42,397 bases of DNA from Verrucomicrobiota bacterium (GTDB lineage: Bacteria > Verrucomicrobiota > Verrucomicrobiia > Methylacidiphilales > CAMAQI01). Position numbers and translations under genes: made by a program. Below the pieces are notes generated by a model. The model saw only the letters and a program-made list of their open reading frames with translations. It had not been told where the DNA came from and searched no databases. The stretch covers positions 6,757 to 49,153 of the forward strand of contig JAZKBH010000206.1 of the NCBI GenBank assembly GCA_040388725.1. Reading direction: 5' to 3'. Positions 10,031-19,190 of this stretch are shown here, piece by piece (the stretch's first letter is position 1; each line of letters opens with the position of its first letter).

Positions 10031-10036
10031 ATCTCT

Positions 10037-11959
10037 ATGTCTGTAAAAAAATCGTCTCAGCCTTTCTTCCATCTCGCGTCTACACCCTCGGAACTCCGTT
10101 CAGGACTCAAAGAGATTCAGAATTTTTATCCGCATCGTTTTTCGGACAATCGATCATCACTCCGAATCTCTTTTCAAAAAAAATCATTTCCTGCGGAACG
10201 AGGTTATCACTTCGAGAAAAAGGAAAAAGAGTTCGTCGTTTCCTATGTACGTCCGATCGATGCCTTTCGTGCTCTCGGAATCCTTTTTTCAGGACGATTT
10301 GATTCTCAAGCGACTGCAACCTTTCAAGAAACCCCTCGGATGAAAACCTTAGGCGTGATGCTCGATGTCTCGCGGAATGGAGTTCTTCGCGTCGATGTGG
10401 TGAAAGAACTTCTTCGTAAGCTCTCCCTCATGGGAATCAACGCCGTGATTCTCTACACCGAAGACACTTACGAAGTTCCCGGAGAACCGTTCTTCGGTTA
10501 TCTCCGTGGAGGTTATTCACAAAAAGAGTTGAAAGAATTGGATCGTTACGCTTCCCGCTTTGGAATCGAAATGTTCCCTTGCATCCAAACCTTGGGACAT
10601 ATGGAGCAGATGTTTCAATGGCTCGAATATAAAGATCTCATGGATGTCGATGGCGTCCTCCTCGCGGAAGATGAAAAGACATACAAGTTCATCGAAAAGT
10701 TAATTACAACCGCGAGTTCCGCTTTTCGCTCCAAGCGAATTCACATCGGAATGGATGAAGCGCATGGCGTCGGCACCGGACGCTATTTAAAACAAAAGGG
10801 TTACAAGCGGCCTTTCGACGTTTTGAACGCTCATCTGAAAAAAGTTCGAGAGATTTGTCTCCAGCGTGGCTTGAAGCCGATGATTTGGAGCGACATGTAT
10901 TTTCGTTTGGGTTCTAAATACAATCATTACTACGATGAAAAGACGGTCATCCCTCAAGATGTCATCGCGGGAATCCCCAAGGATATTCAACTCGTTTACT
11001 GGGACTACTATCATACCGATCAAAAATTTTACGAAGATTGGATTCACCGACACCATCAACTCGGATCCAATCCGGTGATGGCCGGCGGCGTTTGGACCTG
11101 GAGTCATTTTTGGGCTGCGCTTCCGTTCTCATTCACCACGACCAACGCCTGCATGAGCGCCTGTAAAAAGAAAAAAGTCGATGAAGCCTTTGTGACGATG
11201 TGGGGAGATGACGGCATGGAATGCGATATTTTCTCCGCGCTGCCCGGAATCCAATACTTCGCCGACCACGGCCATGCCGATCAAGTCGAAATGAAGGAAG
11301 TCGCTCAAAATTTTCTCGGAAGCTGTAATGCGACGTTTGATTCCTGGGTCAAAGCGAGTGATCTCGATTTAGTTCCCGGGATTGCCGAGACCTCCAAAAG
11401 CAATAATAACTCCAGTAAATGGCAGCTCTGGGATGATCCTCTTTTGGGCGTCGTTCAACCGCATCGTCCGAAGGTTTCTCTTCAACGCCATTACCAATCG
11501 CTCGCCCTCTTTCTTCAAAAGGCTTCCAAAAATAACCGAGAAGACCACCGCCTGATTTTCCCGGCTCAAATCGCCCGTGTCCTCGCATTGAAATGTGATT
11601 TGGTGAAGGATCTTCGCTCCGCTTATCAGAAAAAAAATCGCCCTGCGCTGAAAAAGATCCAAAAGAAAGTCATTCCTGCTCTTCAAGTAGAAGTCCGAGC
11701 CCTTTGGAAAATTCATCATAAACTCTGGCTCTCCCTTTATCGCCCCTTCGGCCTTGAAGTGTTGGAGCAACGTTACGGAGGACTTCTCGCTCGACTCGAA
11801 AGTCTCTCCGAACGTCTTCAGGATTATTTAGAAAAGAAAGAGCCCTCGATCCCTGAATTCGAAACAACGCTCCATAAGTTTTATGTCTGGGATACTCCAG
11901 ATAAAGATCTCCCTCGCATGACCTACGGCCGCGCCTCGACCTCGACAAAACTACGCTAA
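10037..11959 (+). CDS. GH20-like beta-N-acetylhexosaminidase (intracellular type)
   Basis: 640 aa. MLDVSRNG at the barrel start, CIQTLGHM, and RIHIGMDEAHG matching the GH20 H-x-G-x-D-E catalytic pair. No signal peptide. Confidence 0.75.
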   Translation: MSVKKSSQPFFHLASTPSELRSGLKEIQNFYPHRFSDNRSSLRISFQKKSFPAERGYHFEKKEKEFVVSYVRPIDAFRALGILFSGRFDSQATATFQETPRMKTLGVMLDVSRNGVLRVDVVKELLRKLSLMGINAVILYTEDTYEVPGEPFFGYLRGGYSQKELKELDRYASRFGIEMFPCIQTLGHMEQMFQWLEYKDLMDVDGVLLAEDEKTYKFIEKLITTASSAFRSKRIHIGMDEAHGVGTGRYLKQKGYKRPFDVLNAHLKKVREICLQRGLKPMIWSDMYFRLGSKYNHYYDEKTVIPQDVIAGIPKDIQLVYWDYYHTDQKFYEDWIHRHHQLGSNPVMAGGVWTWSHFWAALPFSFTTTNACMSACKKKKVDEAFVTMWGDDGMECDIFSALPGIQYFADHGHADQVEMKEVAQNFLGSCNATFDSWVKASDLDLVPGIAETSKSNNNSSKWQLWDDPLLGVVQPHRPKVSLQRHYQSLALFLQKASKNNREDHRLIFPAQIARVLALKCDLVKDLRSAYQKKNRPALKKIQKKVIPALQVEVRALWKIHHKLWLSLYRPFGLEVLEQRYGGLLARLESLSERLQDYLEKKEPSIPEFETTLHKFYVWDTPDKDLPRMTYGRASTSTKLR

Positions 11960-11996
11960 AGACAGCGTTTCGCACAACGACACAACGACGCGACGG
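11955..11996. repeat. repeat family A copy (AAAGACA...CGCACAACGACACAACGACGCGACGG), left arm
   Basis: Overlaps the GH20 stop codon. Related to 24958-24998 and inverted relative to 12258-12298. Confidence 0.7.
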
Positions 11997-12257
11997 AAAA
12001 ACAAAGAAATCGTTTTTGTCTTAAAACCAAATGAATTTTTGGGTCTCATCCCTTGTATCGGTTTTATATTCATGTAAATTTCTACCTTTGCCTCATTTTT
12101 TCTCGCTGTGACATCTGAAGTAATTCTCTAACTCCATGATGATTCGTTCGGTGCCCACCTCACTCTGGCTGCCTCCTGCAGTCTCTCGTATTCACTCGAT
12201 CGTCTCATCCGTTCCCAACGGATTCGGCACCATGTAAATAAATGTATTCTGTATTTA

Positions 12258-12298
12258 CGTTGCGTCTTAGCGCCGTCGCGTGAGGCCATGTCTTTGAA
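12258..12298. repeat. repeat family A copy, right arm (ACGTTGCGTCTTAGCGCCGTCGCGTGAGGCCATGTCTTTGAA)
   Basis: Aligns closely with 25092-25135 (ACGTCGCGTCGTTGTGGCGTCGCGTGAGATAAATGTCTTTCAA). Confidence 0.75.
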
Positions 12299-12443
12299 TT
12301 TCTTCCTCGTGTTAACTGTATAACCGAGAGATTTTTTGCTCCTTTTTTTCCCTCGCTTACTTTCAAGGATGCTTCGAAAAACTTTTAGGGCGCAGAACGC
12401 CTCGTCCCTCTCCCATTAACCAACCCCTAAACCAAAAAATAAT

Positions 12444-15400
12444 ATGAAACCGATTAACCTCCCTTTTTTTGCCCCTAAAGTAGCGATTGCTATTATTTTA
12501 ATTTTTAGTGTTTTTCCCGCCCCCGCACAAACCCAAACGTATCATTGGAACCAAGCGAAACTCGGAGCCGGCGGTTGGGTGACCGGGATTGAAATTCATC
12601 CGACTCAGCCGAGCTTGAAAGTGATTCGTACCGACGTGGGTGGCGTTTATATTTGGAATTCCACAAACTCCGCTTGGACCCCGATCACCGATACTCTCAT
12701 CGCTTCAAATTTATCGGGCCATTACGAAGAAATTGAAAGTATCGCGATCGATTCCACCGACTCCTCCGCCCAAACCCTCTATATTGCGGCGGGCCGTGAT
12801 AATGCGACTGGACTCGGCGATGTTTTTAAATCGACTGATCGTGGAAGCCATTGGACAGCCACGCATCTCAATGTGCCGATGTTCGGAAACGGAGATTATC
12901 GTTGGTTCGGAGAGCGTCTTGCCGTGGATCCTCATAATGGACAAATGCTTTACTTTGGTTCGCGATCGAGTGGCCTTTGGAAAACAACCAACGGCGGTGG
13001 CGTTTGGAAACAGGTTTCAGGATTTCCCAATAGTGGTGCTGCAGGAAATGGGATTGCTTTTGTTGCGTTTGACCGTGGAAGCCGAACCGCAAACAGTGCG
13101 ACACAAACGTTGTATGTCGGTGTGATCGGCGATGGAGGAGTAAAGCCTAATGGAGTATATAAAAGCGTCGATGGCGGCACCTCGTGGCAGCTGCTTTCGG
13201 GACCTGGAACCAACTATACTCCAACAAAGGCTGCGATTGCCTCGGATGGATCTCTCTATGTTTCTTACATCGTTTGTCGTGATCCTGAAAATGCCTCTGT
13301 CACGGGCGGTGCGATTTATAAATTCTCCAATACTCGCGATCAATCGGGAGCCGTCGCTGCGAATATCAGCCCTGCTTCAGGCCAAGGATTTTCGGCGGTC
13401 GCGGTCGATCCCACAAAACCGAATACCCTCGTCGCTTCGAAATGGTATTACGGCTCTTACTGTAATCTTTATCGCTCCACCGATGGAGGACGTTCTTGGA
13501 TTCAACGGAATGTCGACGACATCACCTGGCAAAAATTGCCCGGCTGGTACAATTATACCAAAGGCACTTACCAATTTCTGACCGGCCCTGCGGCGATGGC
13601 CATTGATCCTGCCAATCCTTCTTCCGTGTGGCTTGCGGATGGATTTGCGGTCTGGCGTACCGATAACGCGGCCGATTTCTCGACGTGGTCCTATATGTCC
13701 GACGGATTGGAAGAAGTGATCGCGAATGTTTTCTGCAAACCTCCGGGAGAATCGCTCCTCAGCGGGACGTGTGATCGAGATGGATTCCGTCACGTTTCGC
13801 TCACGACCGCTCCAGACAATACGTTTCAAAACGGTCTCTTCGGCGATACCACCGGTTTTGATTTTTGCGAAAATCATCCTTCTTTTGTCGTTCGCGTCTG
13901 TGCTCGGCAGTACAACAAAGTCGGTGACAGTTTTCCCAATGGATTTTATTCCACAAATGGCGGGGCGACGTGGACTCTTTTTGGTACTCGTCTCCAAGAA
14001 CATGAAGGAGGCCGTATCGCGGTTGCGAGCCAAAACACCAAAAATATCGTTTGGACTCCATCCGGATGGGATTCCGGTGCTTTCTACACAAAAGATGGCG
14101 GGAATACCTGGACGAAATCTTCCGGCCCCGTCGATAGTGCAGGAAACTCAGCGGTCAGCTATATCGCGGATACCTGGTCTCAACGTCAACCTCTCGCCGC
14201 CGATCGGGTGCAAGATGGAGTCTTTTATTTCTTACGTTCCAATTCCTACGATGGAAATCCTTCGACGGTGAATAGCTTTTATCGCAGTACAAATGGAGGA
14301 GCAAACTGGAGTCGCGTGGGAACCATTCCCATCACGAACGAAACGGATCTCTATACCATTAAAGCCGTCCCCGGAAATGCGGGCGAGGTCTGGGTCAACT
14401 ATCAAGCGGACAACGTCGGTCTCTTCCGAACCGTCGATGGCGGTCAAACGTTCGGAAAAATTCAAGGCGTTCAGCGCGCGGATGCCGTCGCTTTTGGAAA
14501 AGGAACGGGTTCTGCTCCCGCTGTTTTTATCATCGGTACAATGAATGGCGTGCGTGGTATTTTCGTTTCAAATGACGCGACCGCCAGCACGTACCCCGAT
14601 GCGCGCGATGCGCACTGGCAACAGCTCGATGTCGGCTCAACCCCGATCATCACGCCTCGTCCCGATGGCTTTATTGCGGATCGGGAGACCTATGGAAATC
14701 TATATTCATCCGGCGCAGGTCGAGGAATTTTCTATGGGACTTTCGCGGCAAGCGATACGGGCTCGGGTTCTGGAACGGGAACAGGCTCTGACACAGGAAG
14801 CGGATCCGGAGGAACAACGAATCCCGGTTCTTCCTCCGGCGGAAGCACCACCCCCACATTGGCCAATCTCCTCAGCGATCCGAGTTTTGAAAGCGGTAAT
14901 ATGACCGCGTGGAGTGACTGGCCGACAAATGCCAAGGTTGTTTCGACCAATGCGCATAGCGGCCATTCTGCCTGCCAGGTCACGAATCAAGGGATGGCTC
15001 AAAGTAAACCGGTTCAACCCAACACCGATTATAGTCTCAGCGGTTGGGGTTTTAGCAACGACGGTCAAGCAAGCATGGGATACTGGCTCTATGATCAAGG
15101 AGGCCATCTCGTCTCGGGTGGCTATCTCCCTCCTTTCGGAACGAGTTATAGTTATCAATCGACAGTTTTTCACACGACGAATAACACCTCTTTTATCGTC
15201 GTCGGTGTCTGGGGCGGTGGAAATGGATCGACCTCTTACTTCGACGATTTTCGCCTCACGAAAAATCTCGTGAAGAATGGCGATTTCGAATTAGGGAATA
15301 CCGGATGGCAACATTGGGGAACGCATTCTTCGATTGCATCGAGCGGAGGTCATACCGGCCCTGCCGTCGGAAAAATTACGGGAGGAGCGGATGGAGAAGG

Positions 15401-15677
15401 AGAAACGATTTCGGTAAAAGCGGGAGCCTCCTACACCCTCAGTGGATGGGGATCGAACACCTCGAATGTTTACGGCGCTTTGGGTTATCAATTCTTTGAC
15501 AAAAATTGGAATCCCGTCGGCGCACAGATTTATCTGTCAACCTTTGGCTCTTCTTACTCCAATCGTCAAACGACCATTACCACTCCCTCTTCTGCGGCGT
15601 ATATCCTCGTCGATCTCTGGGGCGGAAGCTCCACATCAACGTCTCTCTTTGATGATATCGCATTGATCGAAAACTAA
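12444..15677 (+). CDS. secreted Asp-box/BNR beta-propeller protein (GH74/sortilin-like) with two C-terminal CBM4/9-like modules
   Basis: 1077 aa. Signal peptide MKPINLPFFAPKVAIAIILIFSVFPAPAQ. Eight S/T-x-D/N-G-G-x-x-W boxes (STDRGSHW, TTNGGGVW, SVDGGTSW, STDGGRSW, STNGGATW, TKDGGNTW, STNGGANW, TVDGGQTF). G/S/T linker at about 14751-14856. Two tandem modules of about 135 aa follow (SDPSFESGNMTAW... and KNGDFELGNTGW...). Confidence 0.8.
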   Translation: MKPINLPFFAPKVAIAIILIFSVFPAPAQTQTYHWNQAKLGAGGWVTGIEIHPTQPSLKVIRTDVGGVYIWNSTNSAWTPITDTLIASNLSGHYEEIESIAIDSTDSSAQTLYIAAGRDNATGLGDVFKSTDRGSHWTATHLNVPMFGNGDYRWFGERLAVDPHNGQMLYFGSRSSGLWKTTNGGGVWKQVSGFPNSGAAGNGIAFVAFDRGSRTANSATQTLYVGVIGDGGVKPNGVYKSVDGGTSWQLLSGPGTNYTPTKAAIASDGSLYVSYIVCRDPENASVTGGAIYKFSNTRDQSGAVAANISPASGQGFSAVAVDPTKPNTLVASKWYYGSYCNLYRSTDGGRSWIQRNVDDITWQKLPGWYNYTKGTYQFLTGPAAMAIDPANPSSVWLADGFAVWRTDNAADFSTWSYMSDGLEEVIANVFCKPPGESLLSGTCDRDGFRHVSLTTAPDNTFQNGLFGDTTGFDFCENHPSFVVRVCARQYNKVGDSFPNGFYSTNGGATWTLFGTRLQEHEGGRIAVASQNTKNIVWTPSGWDSGAFYTKDGGNTWTKSSGPVDSAGNSAVSYIADTWSQRQPLAADRVQDGVFYFLRSNSYDGNPSTVNSFYRSTNGGANWSRVGTIPITNETDLYTIKAVPGNAGEVWVNYQADNVGLFRTVDGGQTFGKIQGVQRADAVAFGKGTGSAPAVFIIGTMNGVRGIFVSNDATASTYPDARDAHWQQLDVGSTPIITPRPDGFIADRETYGNLYSSGAGRGIFYGTFAASDTGSGSGTGTGSDTGSGSGGTTNPGSSSGGSTTPTLANLLSDPSFESGNMTAWSDWPTNAKVVSTNAHSGHSACQVTNQGMAQSKPVQPNTDYSLSGWGFSNDGQASMGYWLYDQGGHLVSGGYLPPFGTSYSYQSTVFHTTNNTSFIVVGVWGGGNGSTSYFDDFRLTKNLVKNGDFELGNTGWQHWGTHSSIASSGGHTGPAVGKITGGADGEGETISVKAGASYTLSGWGSNTSNVYGALGYQFFDKNWNPVGAQIYLSTFGSSYSNRQTTITTPSSAAYILVDLWGGSSTSTSLFDDIALIEN

Positions 15678-15766
15678 CCCGTTGTATTAAGATTTAAAAT
15701 TTGGAGGGCCACAAGGTTTGCATCGCAATTTTCCAATCCACGCGGAGCGCTTACTATTTGAGACCA

Positions 15767-15847
15767 GGGAAGAGGGGGTCAACTCGCGCCGAGAGGCCGA
15801 GGTTTTGAGAGGTTATAGAGACAAGGCCTCTCGGCGCTCGGCCCTCC
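15767..15847 (+). repeat. structured repeat family E, copy 1 (GGGAAGAGGGGG...CGCCGAGAGGCC-loop-GGCCTCTCGGCG...GGCCCTCC)
   Basis: 13-bp stem 15786-15798 / 15825-15837. The loop GTTTTGAGAGGTTATAGAGAC and the tail CTCGGCCCTCC are shared with 30921-30992. Confidence 0.75.
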
Positions 15848-15886
15848 AGTTCCTAAGTCATGACTCTCCAGGCCGTTGCTTCCCCT

Positions 15887-15917
15887 GGAGCGGCACAGGC
15901 TCTGTGCCTCCGTTTTT
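15887..15917 (+). terminator. intrinsic terminator
   Basis: GGAGCGGCACAG-GCT-CTGTGCCTCC followed by TTTTT, downstream of the Asp-box gene. Confidence 0.75.
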
Positions 15918-16075
15918 CGATCGAAGCCCCTCTCCTTCGTAATACATTTTACAGGTTTTTATTTAGATATTTGACTCTGCGCCTTTGATCTCTTAGTTTT
16001 GTTATAAGATAACCCGAGGTCAAAACTCCTTTTTTCAGAGAAAAAGGTCGTTTTTCTCTTTTATTAAAAGCATTC

Positions 16076-18994
16076 ATGAAAACCATTCGGATTTTTTCAT
16101 ATTTCGCTTTTTTGGTTTTCAGTAATTTCTCCCTCCTTCACGCCGCCGCTATTATCCTCAATGCCGATGATGCCGCGGCTTCGAGTTCTCTCAACGCGGC
16201 AGGGAACTGGAGTGTTGCCGCCGCCCCTTCGGCAGGGAATACGTATTCGACAAACGGTCATCTTTTACGAACCCCCGGCGGCGTTGGAATTACTTTCGCG
16301 GGAGACTCTCTCTCCATCGATAATGGAAGTCTCTTCTTGTTCAAAGGAAATACAGGATCAACCACCACCGTCGGAAATCTCATTTTAAATGGCGGTACGG
16401 TTGCCGATGGAACAGGAGCCACGACATACGGATTGGCAGGAGCCATCAGTGTCAACGCGGTCTCCGGATTCGATGTGAATTCCAACTCTGCCAATAATCG
16501 AACTCTTACTATTTCTTCCACGATTTCAGGTGCTTCGAATTTAGTCATCGGAAATGGAAGTGGCGGAACCGATACGGGAAGTATTATTCTTTCCGGAAAT
16601 AACAGCGCATTCACAGGGGGAGTCTCCCTCGGAGGAACGAGTGGAAGCGGTGGCGGATCTCGTGTTCTCGCCACCACCAACGTCACTCTTCAAATCGGCA
16701 ATGCCAACGCTTTGGGAACAGGAGCCTTCACGGTGAATGGGGGAACGGTCGATCTCAATGGATTTTCCACTTCCGTAGATAATTTTACAGGGACGGGGGG
16801 AACGATTGTGAATCAAAGTTCTGGAACCACTTCGACTTTGACCATCGGCGCCAGTAACGGAACCGGCGGAAATTATCAAGGAACGATCGCCGATCATACG
16901 TCGGGAACAGGCGTTGTCGCGATGACGAAATCGGGGACAGGAACCATCACTCTCAGTCATGTTAATACTTATACGGGAGCGACCACGATCAATGGGGGAA
17001 TTCTAAGAGCAGGCGTTGTCACCACTGCCTTTGGATCGAATTCTGCCGTCACCCTCGCCAATGTTGCAGGCACCGCACTCGATCTCAATAATAATAGCAA
17101 TACGATAGGCTCCCTCTCGGGAGGAGGAACAACCGGCGGCAATGTCACTTTAGGGAGTGGAACGCTGACCACCGGAGCGGATAACACCAGCACCACCTTT
17201 GCCGGCGTGATTTCGGGAACAGGAGGCCTCACTAAAACAGGTACAGGAATACAAACCTTATCCGGAACCAATACGGCGACAGGAACCGCCACCGTCAGTG
17301 CTGGAACGCTTTCCCTCGGAACTTCTGGAACCTGGGCGGGCAATGTCATCGTGAATAGCAGCTCCACCTTTAAAGGCCGTGGCTCTGTTCTCGGAGCACT
17401 CACGATTAATTCCGGGGGAACTTATAGTCCCGGGACTTCGCCTGGAATTCAAACCGTCGGAAGTCTGACTCTCAATTCCGGAAGTAATACGATTATAGAA
17501 ATCGATGGAGCCACCGCAGGGAATGGCGCAGGATTTCACGATCAAATTCAAGTGACGGGAGCGGCCACGATCAACGGTGGAACGCTCACTCCTCAAACTA
17601 TTTTTTCCGGCTCCAGCGGTTATTCTCCTTCGGCAGGTCAAACGTTTACCATCCTCAGCGCCGGCTCTTTAACAGGTCAATTCACCAGCGTGGATAATTC
17701 TGGAAATCCTTCCGGTCTCACCTTTATTCCTCAATACACCGGAACCTCGGTAATCCTCCTGACCTCTCTTGCGAATTTTAGTTCCACCAGCTCGATCTCT
17801 CTGATGAATTTAAATCCGAGTGAAATTGCGATCGCGCGCTCCCTCGATCAATTTCGTCCGACGGTTATCAATTCCACTCCCGGACATGTGATGAGCGACG
17901 CGGAAGTCATTTACCAAAGCCTGAGTCGACTGACTGCGAATCAAATCCCTGAAGCGATCACTCAGTTAAGTCCCGCCAAACTTGAAGCAGCTCCTCAACT
18001 CTCCCATGCCGTCGGAAGCCAGATTCATTCCCAAATCGGAAGACAACTCGAACTCCGTCGTGATAGTAATCCCACGCAGGGGGCGCTCTCGATTTACGAT
18101 CGAAACGGCCAGCTCATTTACGAACCCGTCGCCTCTTTGGATTCGGGCTCTTTATTCATTCGTAAACAACCCGATAAACTCAGTTTTTTTGCCTCCGTCA
18201 ACGGAGAGCAAGGTGAAGTCAAACCTTCCGAGACACGAACCGATTACGATTACTGGTCCACCACCGCCATTTATGGAGGAAATTATGCACTCTCTCGCGA
18301 ATGGAATCTTGGCGTATTTACCGGTTATGGCCATGCCGATACGAGTCTCGGCGGATCGGGAGGGAAAATTTTCTATAATAGCGGAAAGCTCGGCGGCTAT
18401 GTCAGCTACAATAAAAATGATTGGTTCGGAGAATTCAGCAGCACCATCGGAAAAGGATTTTATGACACTCGTCGAAACATCTCCTTCCTCGCCGAACAAG
18501 CGCGCGGAAAAACCGAAGGCTGGGAACTTTCTCAAGAGCTAAAACTCGGGAAAGATTTAAGCTACGACAAATGGACCTTTAGCCCATCACTCCTCGGACG
18601 CTACTCCCGAACGATCTTGGATGCGTATGATGAAACGGGTTCCGCGGCTCGCCTCCATATCGGCTCCATGGATCAGCAGTCCGTCGTCTCTGGCGCGGGC
18701 CTCACGATTCAACGGCTTATTCCCATCGGAAAAATGAGCTTGAGCCCCCGAGTCTTTCTCAATTATGAACGCGAGTGGATTCGTTCGGGCACCATCGATG
18801 CTCGTTTTGCGGCAGGAGGCGATTCCTTCCGCATTCAAACCGATCCGATCGATCCCGATCAACTCACTGCCGGCACCGGCATTTCCTGGTTCGTCTCCGA
18901 CCGCCTCCAATGGGATCTCTCCTACGAATGCGAAGCCCTCCAAAACGATCTTCAGCGTCAAGCGATCCATCTGAGCTGCAAATTCGAATTTTAA
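16076..18994 (+). CDS. autotransporter with PATR-type (autotransporter-associated beta-strand) repeats and a C-terminal beta-barrel
   Basis: 972 aa. Signal peptide ending LLHA-AA. Many units of about 30 aa of type G(T/S)G..TLSG.NT.TG.TT(I/V).GGTL. The C-terminal third has alternating beta-strand character and ends in ...LSCKFEF (terminal Phe). Confidence 0.9.
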   Translation: MKTIRIFSYFAFLVFSNFSLLHAAAIILNADDAAASSSLNAAGNWSVAAAPSAGNTYSTNGHLLRTPGGVGITFAGDSLSIDNGSLFLFKGNTGSTTTVGNLILNGGTVADGTGATTYGLAGAISVNAVSGFDVNSNSANNRTLTISSTISGASNLVIGNGSGGTDTGSIILSGNNSAFTGGVSLGGTSGSGGGSRVLATTNVTLQIGNANALGTGAFTVNGGTVDLNGFSTSVDNFTGTGGTIVNQSSGTTSTLTIGASNGTGGNYQGTIADHTSGTGVVAMTKSGTGTITLSHVNTYTGATTINGGILRAGVVTTAFGSNSAVTLANVAGTALDLNNNSNTIGSLSGGGTTGGNVTLGSGTLTTGADNTSTTFAGVISGTGGLTKTGTGIQTLSGTNTATGTATVSAGTLSLGTSGTWAGNVIVNSSSTFKGRGSVLGALTINSGGTYSPGTSPGIQTVGSLTLNSGSNTIIEIDGATAGNGAGFHDQIQVTGAATINGGTLTPQTIFSGSSGYSPSAGQTFTILSAGSLTGQFTSVDNSGNPSGLTFIPQYTGTSVILLTSLANFSSTSSISLMNLNPSEIAIARSLDQFRPTVINSTPGHVMSDAEVIYQSLSRLTANQIPEAITQLSPAKLEAAPQLSHAVGSQIHSQIGRQLELRRDSNPTQGALSIYDRNGQLIYEPVASLDSGSLFIRKQPDKLSFFASVNGEQGEVKPSETRTDYDYWSTTAIYGGNYALSREWNLGVFTGYGHADTSLGGSGGKIFYNSGKLGGYVSYNKNDWFGEFSSTIGKGFYDTRRNISFLAEQARGKTEGWELSQELKLGKDLSYDKWTFSPSLLGRYSRTILDAYDETGSAARLHIGSMDQQSVVSGAGLTIQRLIPIGKMSLSPRVFLNYEREWIRSGTIDARFAAGGDSFRIQTDPIDPDQLTAGTGISWFVSDRLQWDLSYECEALQNDLQRQAIHLSCKFEF

Positions 18995-19116
18995 CAGCTG
19001 AGATCTCGACCCATAGAGGACTCCAAATCCATTCTCCTTGAGCGAGACACTTTCCCTTGGAAAATCTTTCATTCTGTAAACCCCGTGGGTTGGGTGACAG
19101 AGGATCAAAGAGTTGC

Positions 19117-19138
19117 CTATGGGGTGAAGACCCCATGG
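19117..19138. promoter_or_regulatory. palindromic variant of the GGGT/ACCCCAT element upstream of the signalling operon
   Basis: CTATGGGGT-GAAG-ACCCCATGG. Arms ATGGGGT/ACCCCAT are perfect. It lies 53 nt upstream of the CheB-like start. The spacer is 4 nt rather than 3. Confidence 0.5.
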
Positions 19139-19190
19139 TCAAAAAAATTAAAGAATTAGAAAATAGGAGGATGAAAGGGAAGAGATCAAA

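Noticed and set aside
12141-12232. Possible structured RNA (SRP-like GCAGGAGGCAGCC on the reverse strand, closed by GGTGCC/GGCACC) in the leader of the Asp-box gene.
   Set aside because: The closing stem is only 6 bp. It lacks the conserved SRP domain IV motifs (GGAA tetraloop context, AGCAGCC pairing partner). I cannot support it without a covariance-model scan.
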